Positions 17,916 to 28,200 of a DNA stretch of 33,311 bases are shown here, piece by piece. The notes beneath the pieces are model-generated. The model was given only the letters and a program-made list of their open reading frames with translations, had not been told where the DNA came from and made no database searches. The translations under genes and the position numbers were made by a program. Origin of the DNA: Gemmatimonadota bacterium (GTDB lineage Bacteria > 4572-55 > J002); contig RFFQ01000192.1 in the NCBI GenBank assembly GCA_003697105.1, forward strand, positions 1-33,311, in the 5' to 3' direction. Every line of letters begins with the position of its first letter. Position 1 is the stretch's first letter.

Positions 17916-18641
17916 ATGAATATCACCCCCCGACGCTTGCACACCGGTGTTGCCTTGCACCTCACCGGCAGTGGAATTGGTACGATTGCTGTGATATTTG
18001 GATTCAGCCGGTTTGGCTCACCGTATTCGCCGGGGATACCTCTGTTGAACATGTTAATTATCAGCGGATTAATTGGGTTTTATGCGCCACGGCATCATCC
18101 GTTTGAGGGCTTCGGGAGTGCCAACACCGTGACACTGGTTCGGGCAACTCTCACCAACGGGTTAGCCGGCTTCCTTGTCAGCAATCCCACACCGACTGTG
18201 TTGGGGTTCATCAGTGCAATAACCCTGATTTGCTTGATGTTAGATGGTATCGATGGCGCACTTGCCCGGCACACCGGTATGAGTTCCAATTTTGGGGCAC
18301 GATTTGATATGGAGGTTGACGCATTCCTTATTCTAATCCTCAGCGTTCTTCTAATGCAGTTTTATGCGCTTGGCACATGGGTGCTATCGCTCGGACTCAT
18401 GCGCTACGGTTTCATTGCCGGCGGGTACATTTGGCACGGGCTAAGGCAACCCTTACCGGAATCCTTCCGCCGGAAATTCATTTGCGTCATCCAAATTATC
18501 AGCTTGACCCTTGCCCTCAACCCACTCCTACCACCCCCAACCCGAACATGTTTGCTTTTTGCCGCACTATTACTCCTCAGCTATTCCTTTGGGGTGGACA
18601 TATGGTGGCTTTTCTGGCATCAAACCAAAAAAAAACCGTAA
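17916..18641 (+). CDS. CDP-alcohol phosphatidyltransferase family protein
   Basis: ANTVTLVR, LDGIDGALAR...SNFGARFDMEVD; start uncertain (17892-17916). Confidence 0.85.
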   Translation: MNITPRRLHTGVALHLTGSGIGTIAVIFGFSRFGSPYSPGIPLLNMLIISGLIGFYAPRHHPFEGFGSANTVTLVRATLTNGLAGFLVSNPTPTVLGFISAITLICLMLDGIDGALARHTGMSSNFGARFDMEVDAFLILILSVLLMQFYALGTWVLSLGLMRYGFIAGGYIWHGLRQPLPESFRRKFICVIQIISLTLALNPLLPPPTRTCLLFAALLLLSYSFGVDIWWLFWHQTKKKP

Positions 18642-18796
18642 CGATTATCAAAAAGATAGTATTCAGTAGTTCCGTTCTAAAATTTTAGGTCTTGACAATT
18701 CTTACAAACCGGATAACATCCAAATTTAAATCGGAAACGAGTTTTACACCACTACCAACGAGTCACCAAGATACACCTTATCGAAAGGAGACCGAT

Positions 18797-19108
18797 ATGC
18801 CAACATATACGACCGCAGAACTTTCTGCTATATCTGCGCGATTGGTTGATGAGTTTGATCCACTTCAAATCGTTTATTTTAAAAAGCATACGGATTTTAA
18901 GATCGATTTGTTGGTCATTCTCGCCACCAGTTCAGAACGTTTGGTACAACGGGCGGCTCGGGCGTATCGTTGCCTGAATGGAATCCACCATCCCAAAAAT
19001 ATCTGGGTGTACACGGAGAGCGAAGTCCAAAACTACCGGTTTGAACGAGTTTCACTAGAAAAATATATCCGGGAAGAAGGAGAGGTGTTGTACAGGCAAG
19101 CCGGATAG
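18797..19108 (+). CDS. Degenerate minimal nucleotidyltransferase (MNT)-like protein
   Basis: SD AAGGAG; FDPLQIVYF...IDLLVI ... VYT..E ... I.EEGEVLY; canonical GS motif absent. Confidence 0.65.
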   Translation: MPTYTTAELSAISARLVDEFDPLQIVYFKKHTDFKIDLLVILATSSERLVQRAARAYRCLNGIHHPKNIWVYTESEVQNYRFERVSLEKYIREEGEVLYRQAG

Positions 19109-19149
19109 TGACCTTTTGCCACCAGCCACGATCCCGTCCAGTAAAACGG

Positions 19150-19188
19150 AAAAGCCGTGCAGTCGAAATCTGACTGCACGGCTTTTTT
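19150..19188. terminator. Bidirectional intrinsic terminator
   Basis: AAAAGCCGTGCAGTC-loop-GACTGCACGGCTTTTTT between convergent genes. Confidence 0.9.
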
Positions 19189-19225
19189 AATCACGGGTTA
19201 TAGGGTATAGAGGGAATACCCGATG

Positions 19226-21862
19226 TTAGAAGGTTGCACTGAGGCTTACATTAAACGTGCGACCGCGTCCATAATACACGCGGGCACTATGCTCATCATG
19301 GCTACCTCGGTCTTCGGCATCCGCGATATATTCAGTATTCAGCGCATTATACAAGTTCAAGCCTAAGGTTAATTTCTCAACCATTGCATTCTTGAAAGTA
19401 AAGGTATAACCCGCATAAATATCAACTAAGGAATAATCGGGCATTTGCCACGAGTCCGCCCGGTCAGGTGTCGAATCGGGATCATTGGGGTCATAATCCC
19501 GGCTTTCCGGCTGAAATTCGGCATATTGCCGCCCAAAATACTTAAGCACCGGATTGACATAGGCTCGGGTATAATTGTTGACTTGCACGTCATACCGGAA
19601 ACCAAAGGAGGCAGTCGTCATGGGGAAATCCCCAACATGCAAATCTTCCGTTGCCAAGTAGAGTGCGCCGATTTCCTGACCGGTATCATCCCGTACAATG
19701 GCGCCAACATCATTGTTCCACTTGTGATCTCCAATGGAAAGCATTCCTTCCAGTTCAAATTCGGGTGTTAAGTAGTGACGGGCTTCAATTTCAATCCCTT
19801 GGTGTAACGCTTCCAACCCATTCACATTATACCGGGCACCGTCATCAGCACGAATCACCAGTGCTTTATCCTTCCATTGGGTGCGGTACAAGTTCACCAA
19901 TAAAGCGGTGGTAAACGTACGGTAACCGTAACCGATTTCCATACCGGTGATTTTTTCCAGTTCAACTCCGTCAATTTTGCTATTATCAAAGTAAAACGTA
20001 TTCTCAAACGCCGGCGGCGCCGTCAAGTAACCCACATTAAAGAAGACGTTCATGGCATCGTTGAGGTTGTAATTTGCACCCGTTTTGATAGTGTACGGAG
20101 TGAAACTAACCCAATCCGTTTCGACCGGGTCTAGCCCGATATTTTGTTCCCAACCGGTATTGGGGTCATCGTCCCCATCACCATTCCGGTCGAGGAAGTA
20201 GTCAACACGTTTATAGCGGGTCGAATTGACTGAAAAGTTCAAAAATGCGCTCAACTGGTCATTGACATATTCCGTCTGTAAGAAACCGCCACCCAGCATC
20301 ACAATGCCATCATTGTGATAATTGATTTTATCACCGATTTTTAACTGTGCTTCGGGGTCACGGTTTTTGTTTCGCGGGTTGCCTAAATAGGTACTACGGC
20401 TCCAGGAATCTACAAAATAATCACCACCAATTAAATCTTCGATGGTTCGATAATGCTCACCGACATAGTACCGGAAATCAATCCCAGCACTTAGATCGAT
20501 TTGTTTGTTCACTTCGCGCTTCAAGGTTGATAAAAAGCCGTACCACGAGTGGTTGTTACGGGACGCCCGAATAATACTATACGAGCCAACCGTACTGGTA
20601 TCATTTTTAGCATAAGCCGCATCAAAATCGATCTGACCCGCATCATCATAACTGAAAAATGTCGGACCGTAGGGACCGGTACCACCACCGGTACCCCAAG
20701 AGGCGTAGAGCACATTTGACAACAACGTTTTATTGTTGATGAGCCAACTGTGGTTGATGTTAAACACGGGCTTGTGATAAAAGTTTACCCGGGTGTGCTT
20801 CACTTTACCATGTTGGTATCCCCACGCATCGTTATAGTCTGTTCCCCGGGTTTGAAAATCGGTGATAGTTTCTTTGCTGGTGCGTTGTCCATGCTGTTGC
20901 GGAGCACCGACTACGGTTAAATCCAAGTTATGCTTCCCAAACTTTTTACCGATGGTGAAGAAATACCCAAATTCATCAGTCCACGTTTCGTCCACATACC
21001 CATCACCCGTTTTACGGGTCAACAACATGCTGAACGCCACACCATTATCCAGCAAACCACTGGAATACATGAGGGACGTTTTAACCGTATTATCCGAGCC
21101 AAATTGCTGGCGCAACATGGCGCGGCGTTCGGTCGCATTGGCGCTAGAATACGTTTGGACGTTCACTACCCCGCCAATAGAAGAAACCGAATACGGCGAA
21201 GCACCCAGACCGCGCTGTACTTGGATGCTCTCCGTAACATCACCCAAACCAGCCCAGTTCGACCAATAAACCCAGCCATTTTCCATATCATTCACCGGCA
21301 CCCCGTTAATCATCACGGCGATATTACGCTGGTTGAATCCCCGGATATTTAACCGGGCATCCCCTGCACCCCCACCGCTTTCTGTGGAGTAAACACTGGG
21401 GGTTGTATTCAGTACCAGCGGTACATCAAGGGACGCTACCCGTTCCTGAATAATTTCTTCGTTCACTTCCGTGAAGGCTACCGGTGTTTCACGCTCCCGC
21501 GCCCGCGAGGCTTGTACCAACACTTCGTGACCCGCCAGCGCGGCTTCTTCTAAGAAAAATTCAACCGTGGTCGTCTCGCCGGCTTTCACTTCAATCTCAC
21601 GAGTGATCGGCGCATAACCAATAAAAGAAGCTCGAATGGAATAGGTTCCTGCCGGTACATTCTTCAACGTAAATTCACCGTTCGCATTCGTTACGGTTCC
21701 TCGATTGGTGCCCAACAAGACAATATTGACATAGGGTAACCGTTCATTAAAATTAAAATCTTCTACCGTACCGGTGATAGTCCCGCTACTCTGCGCGAAA
21801 CTCCCCACCGGAAAAACCAAAGCACACAGCATCAAAACGGCTAAAACCTTGGTCAACTTCAT
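19226..21862 (-). CDS. TonB-dependent receptor with N-terminal carboxypeptidase-regulatory-like domain
   Basis: Signal peptide; GTVTNANGEFTL/ASFIGY; plug IRGF...INGVPVND...IQVQRG; C-terminal Phe. Confidence 0.93.
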   Translation of the reverse strand: MKLTKVLAVLMLCALVFPVGSFAQSSGTITGTVEDFNFNERLPYVNIVLLGTNRGTVTNANGEFTLKNVPAGTYSIRASFIGYAPITREIEVKAGETTTVEFFLEEAALAGHEVLVQASRARERETPVAFTEVNEEIIQERVASLDVPLVLNTTPSVYSTESGGGAGDARLNIRGFNQRNIAVMINGVPVNDMENGWVYWSNWAGLGDVTESIQVQRGLGASPYSVSSIGGVVNVQTYSSANATERRAMLRQQFGSDNTVKTSLMYSSGLLDNGVAFSMLLTRKTGDGYVDETWTDEFGYFFTIGKKFGKHNLDLTVVGAPQQHGQRTSKETITDFQTRGTDYNDAWGYQHGKVKHTRVNFYHKPVFNINHSWLINNKTLLSNVLYASWGTGGGTGPYGPTFFSYDDAGQIDFDAAYAKNDTSTVGSYSIIRASRNNHSWYGFLSTLKREVNKQIDLSAGIDFRYYVGEHYRTIEDLIGGDYFVDSWSRSTYLGNPRNKNRDPEAQLKIGDKINYHNDGIVMLGGGFLQTEYVNDQLSAFLNFSVNSTRYKRVDYFLDRNGDGDDDPNTGWEQNIGLDPVETDWVSFTPYTIKTGANYNLNDAMNVFFNVGYLTAPPAFENTFYFDNSKIDGVELEKITGMEIGYGYRTFTTALLVNLYRTQWKDKALVIRADDGARYNVNGLEALHQGIEIEARHYLTPEFELEGMLSIGDHKWNNDVGAIVRDDTGQEIGALYLATEDLHVGDFPMTTASFGFRYDVQVNNYTRAYVNPVLKYFGRQYAEFQPESRDYDPNDPDSTPDRADSWQMPDYSLVDIYAGYTFTFKNAMVEKLTLGLNLYNALNTEYIADAEDRGSHDEHSARVYYGRGRTFNVSLSATF

Positions 21863-22093
21863 ATGTTTAATCCTCCTAAAAATTAAACAGTGTGAAAAAA
21901 ACTTAAGGTGGTTAAGCTATACACATCTTGCAATCAGCGGTGGTTGTTCGATACGCATCCCTCCTTTTTTAAGGTTCTGAACAAAACACGAATTCAAGGT
22001 TGGTTTTACAGCATGGCAGTATCCCCATTAAGTCTTACTTTAAGATTAAGATCGGGTTAGGATTATGTTAAAACCATCACCCGAACGGTAATG

Positions 22094-22777
22094 TTAAGAC
22101 ATATCCGCTCGTTTTGTCAAGGTCTGGGTAGCAACACTCTTCAAAATGTGCGCAGGCGGAATAACACCCCGTACCGTAGCGTTGGGATATATCAAACTAT
22201 CATACCCGACCATCGTCCCGGGAGTCGTCACGGAATTACAACCGGTTTCCACTCGATCCCCTAAAATCGCGCCAAACTTCCGCAAACCGGTATCATAAGA
22301 TTGACCCTCAAAGCGAACCGTGACGGTGGAAGGCGTAATTTTAAGATTCGCCAATTTAGTCCCCGCCCCCAGATTCACGTTTTGCCCAAGAATAGAATCC
22401 CCAATATAAGCAAAATGACCCGCTTTCGCCCCATCGAGCATCACAGAGTGCTTGATTTCTGTCGCATGGCCTACCACACAATTATCACCAATCAATACGT
22501 TTCCCCGAATATACGCCCCTTGCCGGACTTCCGTATTGTTGCCGATGATGGCGGGACCGCGAATATAGGCGCCGGGTTCAACAATGGTACCCTCCCCGAT
22601 GAAAATATCATCCCCAATCAAAAATGCGCCATCCATCACCGTACCGTTAATAGCGGCATCTAAATGTTTTTGAATATAGGTTTTAATCCGTTTTAACGCA
22701 TCCCATGCATACGCCACGTCATCAAACAGTTCTGCGTATGAACCGGTCTTATTAAAATAGCGGTCAATCGTCAACAT
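22094..22777 (-). CDS. Hexapeptide-repeat (LbH) acyltransferase resembling the GlmU C-terminal domain
   Basis: IGEGTIVEPGAYIRGPAIIG repeats, HFAYIGDSILG..VNLGAGT, RKFGAILGD; start set at MLTID. Confidence 0.85.
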   Translation of the reverse strand: MLTIDRYFNKTGSYAELFDDVAYAWDALKRIKTYIQKHLDAAINGTVMDGAFLIGDDIFIGEGTIVEPGAYIRGPAIIGNNTEVRQGAYIRGNVLIGDNCVVGHATEIKHSVMLDGAKAGHFAYIGDSILGQNVNLGAGTKLANLKITPSTVTVRFEGQSYDTGLRKFGAILGDRVETGCNSVTTPGTMVGYDSLIYPNATVRGVIPPAHILKSVATQTLTKRADMS

Positions 22778-22905
22778 GATAGAAATCCCTTTTATACTTG
22801 TAGGTGCTCCGTGATAATTAGTGGGGCGGGTTTCAGGTTGAAATCCGGTGAAGCCGGTTTGGCAATGAAACCGCCTCGTATTCAAACACGGGATGAAGCA
22901 CCGGC

Positions 22906-23622
22906 TTATAGAATTAACTGATATTCTTCGCGCAAAATAGTTACTAAATCCCACATACTATGAATTACATGATCCGGCGTGGTTTTGCCTTCTTGCTCAT
23001 TGTATTTTCCCGAACGTATAAGATGCACGGTTCGCATATTGACCGCATTTGCCGGATCAATATCATGCGTAGCCCGATCACCAACATACATACATTCCTC
23101 ACATGGCAAATTGAGATGTTGGCACGCTCGTAAATACAATTTTGGATTTGGCTTCCAGATGCCCATCTCTTCCGTGATAAAAATCGCCTGCGGACGAAAG
23201 TAGGCGTGTAGATTTAGCCGTACCAGCTTTTCGGACTGTTTGGTGGTCAACCCGGCAGTGATCACCCCTAAAATCAAAGATGTTTTGGAGAGACGATCCA
23301 GAACATCTACCACATCCTCAAAAGGACGGAACTTTTCTGCCTTCGTTTGGTGGTACGCCACCACTCCTGCCGCCACAATAATTGCCGGATTGGCATGTGC
23401 ATAGTACTTCCGAGGAATGCGCAAAAGTAATTTATTATAGTGCCGGTCATAATTAGAACCAAATTCGGTGACAACTTCATTCAACTCACGGATGCAGTCT
23501 TCTTCCGCCATGTTCAATCCGGCTTGAATCATGGCTTGGACACTATTCCGGCGAGCTTCCCGGGCAAAATCCGATGTCGAATAGAGGGTATCATCAATAT
23601 CAAAAAAAATGGCTTTGAGCAT
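22906..23622 (-). CDS. HAD-superfamily hydrolase, subfamily IA (TIGR02253-like)
   Basis: FFDIDDTL, ITAG, KPNP, YVGDRATHDI. Confidence 0.9.
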   Translation of the reverse strand: MLKAIFFDIDDTLYSTSDFAREARRNSVQAMIQAGLNMAEEDCIRELNEVVTEFGSNYDRHYNKLLLRIPRKYYAHANPAIIVAAGVVAYHQTKAEKFRPFEDVVDVLDRLSKTSLILGVITAGLTTKQSEKLVRLNLHAYFRPQAIFITEEMGIWKPNPKLYLRACQHLNLPCEECMYVGDRATHDIDPANAVNMRTVHLIRSGKYNEQEGKTTPDHVIHSMWDLVTILREEYQLIL

Positions 23623-23784
23623 GGCTAATTCCGGTGTTTCGTAGCAAGCAGAAGCCACGTGTTAAACAGAAAACTCCTCAAAAACTGGACCAACAGTATG
23701 AGGAGTGTAATAGCTAGCAATATCTAAACGTGTTGTGTTCAGAGGAGATGAATCGCACCAAAATGAACTACCTTTTTTAACAAA

Positions 23785-24942
23785 TTAGACCGGTAGAAAA
23801 ACCCGAAATGTCGTACCTTGCTGGAGCAGACTTTCGACCTCAATTTTACCTTGATGGTCCTCTTCCACCACTTTACGGGCAATCGCTAACCCTAATCCTG
23901 TGCCATGGCTTTTGCCATACGTGATAAACGGCTCAAACAAATTTTCCTGAATTTCAGGGGGAATCCCTTTACCGGTATCAGACACTTCAAAGCAGAGATA
24001 ACCCTGATCCCGCGTGATGCGAATTGTTAATTGCCCGCCGGTATCCATGGCATCACGGGCATTGGCAATTAAATTGCTCAGCACCCGGCGGATTTTTGCG
24101 GCATCAAACAGCGCTTCACCTTCAAAATCATAGATGACTTTCGGGATAATATGGCAAGTTTCAAAAGTTTGTTGGAACGGTTTCAGGGTAGCCTCTATAA
24201 ACTCTGGGATACGAACCAGTTCCATCCGAACGTGGCTTTCCTTTCCACGCGCATAATCGAGTAATTCCTGTGCCATGTCAACGATCTGCAAAACTTCTTG
24301 TACAATAATATCGGCAAATGCTTTGCTTTCCGGGAATTTTTTGGCGATCAATTCCGCAAATCCCCGGATGGAGGTCATTGGATTCTTGATGTCGTGGATA
24401 ATACGGCTGGTTACCATACCAATTGTTGCGAGTTTTTCCTGCCGGACGAGTTCCTCCTGAGCCGCTTTGAGGTCATTATAGGCTTTTTGCAGTTCCGCAT
24501 TTTTCTGTTGCAAATGACGGATCAAATCCATGTTGGTTTCGCGCAGTTTGCCACTCAATGCCCGTGCCACCTCAAAATAGAGCTGAGGTGAATCCTTCAA
24601 TAAATGTTCAAATTCGGATTTATCGATGCGTAAAAGAAGGCTATCATGCAGTGCCCGGATGGTGGCAGAACGGGGCTTGTTTTCTAGCAGGCCCATTTCC
24701 CCAAAAAACTCACCGGGTACAATCTTCGCCAAAGACTGTTCCTCGTTACCCAGCGTCTTAGTTACTTCCAACAAACCATCTTTGACAATATAAAGGGCAT
24801 CACCGATGGAACCTTCATAAAAAACGGTCTCACCGGCTCGAAAGTGTTTTTCTTCAAGAAGAGTCGATAGCCGCTTTAAATCGGCTATTGGAAGATGTTG
24901 CAGGAAGGGAATATTTTCGAGAATCGATAAATGGTCGTGCAT
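23785..24942 (-). CDS. Cyclic-nucleotide-binding-domain histidine kinase
   Basis: GEFFGEMGLL...PRSATI; HDIKNP; NLIANA, DTGKG, GTGLGL. Confidence 0.92.
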   Translation of the reverse strand: MHDHLSILENIPFLQHLPIADLKRLSTLLEEKHFRAGETVFYEGSIGDALYIVKDGLLEVTKTLGNEEQSLAKIVPGEFFGEMGLLENKPRSATIRALHDSLLLRIDKSEFEHLLKDSPQLYFEVARALSGKLRETNMDLIRHLQQKNAELQKAYNDLKAAQEELVRQEKLATIGMVTSRIIHDIKNPMTSIRGFAELIAKKFPESKAFADIIVQEVLQIVDMAQELLDYARGKESHVRMELVRIPEFIEATLKPFQQTFETCHIIPKVIYDFEGEALFDAAKIRRVLSNLIANARDAMDTGGQLTIRITRDQGYLCFEVSDTGKGIPPEIQENLFEPFITYGKSHGTGLGLAIARKVVEEDHQGKIEVESLLQQGTTFRVFLPV

Positions 24943-25111
24943 ATTTCATCTTGGAGAAAACGGTAGAATAAAAGAGCTTGTTCGCCAATTTAAGCCGATA
25001 ATTTACCAAAAGTCAAGCGGTTTTTTGGTCACATCTCACCGGCTTAATGGAACATTCTGGAATGCGGCGCAACCGTGTGAACGGTGGCGCGCCGGAAAAT
25101 AGTTATAACCC

Positions 25112-25140
25112 TTGCCCCGCCCCATCTTTTATGTTATATT
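25112..25140 (+). promoter_or_regulatory. Putative secA promoter TTGCCC-N17-TATATT (TGn-extended)
   Basis: Motif match; a second TTGACA lies at 25149. Confidence 0.4.
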
Positions 25141-25224
25141 GAACTATCTTGACACCACTCATTAAAATAATTAATCCTTTAGTCATCAGCACTTTAGACA
25201 TATTTAGAGTACAGGAGCCTTACC

Positions 25225-28200
25225 GTGCTAGACAAACTATTAAAGACCCTCTTTGGCACTAAATTTGACCGTGAAATCAAGAAAATTCAACCCATAGTGG
25301 ATGAAATTAATCGTATTTATGAAACGTTGCATGATCTCAGCGAAGAAGAATTGGTTGGCAAAACCGCCCAATTTAAGCAGCAAATCAATGATGCTTGCGC
25401 AGAAGTCCGCGCGCAGATCGCCGAAGTTCGGGAGGAATTGCATATTACATCTTCCGATTCTTCGGGAGACAGTATTGAAGACTTGATGGAAGAACTCAAA
25501 GAACTCGAAGAAGAAGAACTCGCGATCATTGAAGAGCAGTTAGACGCGATCCTACCAGAGGCATTTGCCGTTGTCAAAGAAGCCTGCCGCCGGATGATCG
25601 GGCAAAAAATAATGGTGACCGATACCGAACTCACCTGGGATATGATCCCCTATGACGTCCAGTTGATTGGCGGGATCGTCCTGCATCAGGGAAAAATTGC
25701 AGAAATGGCAACCGGAGAAGGCAAAACCTTAGTCGCCTCCATGCCGGTCTATCTGAACGCCCTCGCCGGAAAGGGTGTCCACCTGATTACCGTCAATGAT
25801 TATCTTGCCCGGCGTGACAGCGAGTGGATGGGAGCACTCTTTAAGTATCTGGGACTTACCGTTGGTTGTATCCAGACCCATATGCCGCCCCATGTTCGTA
25901 AAAAAGAGTATGATGCCGATATAACCTATGGTACAAATAGCGAATTTGGCTTTGATTATCTGCGCGATAATATGGCAATCTCAATGGAAGAGCGCGTCCA
26001 ACGAACCCATCATTACGCCGTGATTGATGAAGTAGATAGTGTCCTGATTGATGAAGCACGCACGCCGCTCATTATCTCCGGGGTGGTGGAACGCCGCGAA
26101 CACCGCTATGATGTCGTCAGCGCGCCGGTACGGCGATTGGTGAAACGCCAAAAAGAGTTGGTAGGTCGCTTCATGCGGGAAGGGAAAAAGCTTTACGAGG
26201 AAGACCCACAAGGTAATGAATACGAAGCGGCTACCAAATTCTTGCTGGTACACCGGGGGGACCCGAAGAATAAGCAACTGCTGAAATTATACAAAGAAAA
26301 TCCCGCCATCCAAAAGACGATCCTCGCAGTCGAAGGAGATTACATGCGGGATCGCCGCCTAAGTGAAATCGACGACCAACTGCTGTATCATATTGATGAA
26401 AAAGGAAATGGTGTCGTCTTGAGTGAAGTGGCGTACGCGGAACTCTCCCCGAACGACCCCGACCTGTTCCGGCTACCCGATTTATCCGTTGAACTCCAAG
26501 AAATTGAAGACAATGAAGACCTGTCCCCAGAAGAAAAAGAAGCGGCAAAGGAAAAACTGCATCTAGAACATGCCGATAAAAGTGAAAAGCTCCACAATAT
26601 CCATCAATTATTACGCGCCTATGCCCTGTTTGAAAAAGATGAAGATTACGTGGTGCAAGATGGAAAAGTTATTATTGTCGATACCTTTACCGGACGCTTG
26701 ATGCCCAGCCGCCGGTTCAGTGATGGTCTGCACCAAGCCTTGGAAGCTAAAGAGAATGTGGAGATCGGTGAAGAAACCCAAACTTTAGCGACGATCACCC
26801 TCCAAAATTACTTCCGAATGTACCATAAATTAGCGGGGATGACCGGAACCGCCGAAACTGAAGAAAGTGAATTTTATGAAATTTACAAACTAGAGGTCAT
26901 CGTCATCCCCACAAACGAACCAATCCGGCGACAAGATTACGATGACGTGATTCTCCGGACCAAAGCTGAGAAATTCAAAGCGGTACTCGATGAGATTGAA
27001 GCAGTGCATAAAACCGGACGCCCCGTTCTAGTGGGAACGATTTCGGTAGATGCTTCGGAATCGCTCAGCCGCCTACTCAAACGCCGGAAAATTCCCCATG
27101 AAGTCCTCAACGCAAAACAACACCAACGGGAAGCGGAAATTGTTGCTAAAGCGGGGCGCAATAATGCCGTGACCATTGCCACGAATATGGCGGGGCGCGG
27201 TACGGACATCAAATTGGAAGTCTATCCAGATACCAAACCCGCAGATTTTATACCCTACCGCGAATGGCTGAACCGTGAAAGTAACCTCAACAAAGGGGTG
27301 GTCAATCCCGAATGTATCGCTATCCGCAAAACCAGTCTCGATAGCGGTAAATATGCCTATAAAAAGGATATACCGTGGTGTTGCGTGGCATGTGCCGTTA
27401 AAGAGGAGTGCCAAAAAGCCGCACCGGGACCCACACTCTGCGGTAAATCTGAACGAATGTTTGAGTGTGTGGAGAATATGCCTTGTGGCTTACACATCAT
27501 CGGTACGGAACGCCACGAAAGCCGGCGAATTGACCGCCAATTACGTGGACGAAGTGGACGGCAAGGTGACCCCGGCTCTTCTCGATTTTATCTCTCCTTG
27601 GAAGATGACCTGATGCGTCTGTTTGGCTCGGATCGAATTGCCAACGTGATGTCGCGATTGAAAATGGAAGACGGAGAAGTGATCACTCATAAATGGATCA
27701 CCAGTGCCATCGGGAAAGCCCAAACCCGCGTGGAAGGTCGAAATTTTGAAATCCGAAAGCACTTGCTGGAATATGACGACGTGATGAACAATCAGCGTGA
27801 AGTCATCTATGACCGCCGGCTGTATGCCTTGGAAGGTGGAAACCTGCGACAAGACATCATCGAAAAATTCCAAGAACAGGCTAAAAACATTGTTCTACGC
27901 CATACCGACCCCAATTTACACCCAGAAGAATGGGATTGGGAAGCCCTCCAATTGGATTTTCGCCGGATTTTCCTGTTGCAATTTGATGATAAACTGGCGG
28001 AAGTGGTCAAAAACCAAGCGGATTTGATGGATAAAATGGCGGAAGTCGCCAAAAAGATTTACGAAGACAAAGAAAGCCGCATGGACCCTGCCGAAGCCCG
28101 CTGGCTCGAACGCATTGCCACCATCAGCACTATCGACGAACTGTGGCGAGATCACCTGTACGAAATCGATCAACTGAAAGAAGGTATCAATCTACGAGCA

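Noticed and set aside
21917-21970. Possible leader peptide MRIEQPPLIARCV* upstream of the TonB-dependent receptor, and a possible cobalamin or TPP riboswitch
   Set aside because: AGGAGG is only 1 nt from the ATG, and I recognised no riboswitch consensus.
22778-22954. 59-aa N-terminal extension of the LbH ORF in the ORF track
   Set aside because: It overlaps the HAD gene and crosses the intergenic hairpin; MLTID at 22777 with an upstream AAGGGA is the more plausible start.
23673-23706. Hairpin ACTCCTCA...TGAGGAGT between the kinase and HAD genes
   Set aside because: Short, probably an ordinary terminator or stability hairpin; nothing further to support.
27217-27486. Intein in SecA
   Set aside because: No N-terminal Cys/Ser block, no C-terminal His-Asn and no endonuclease motifs.
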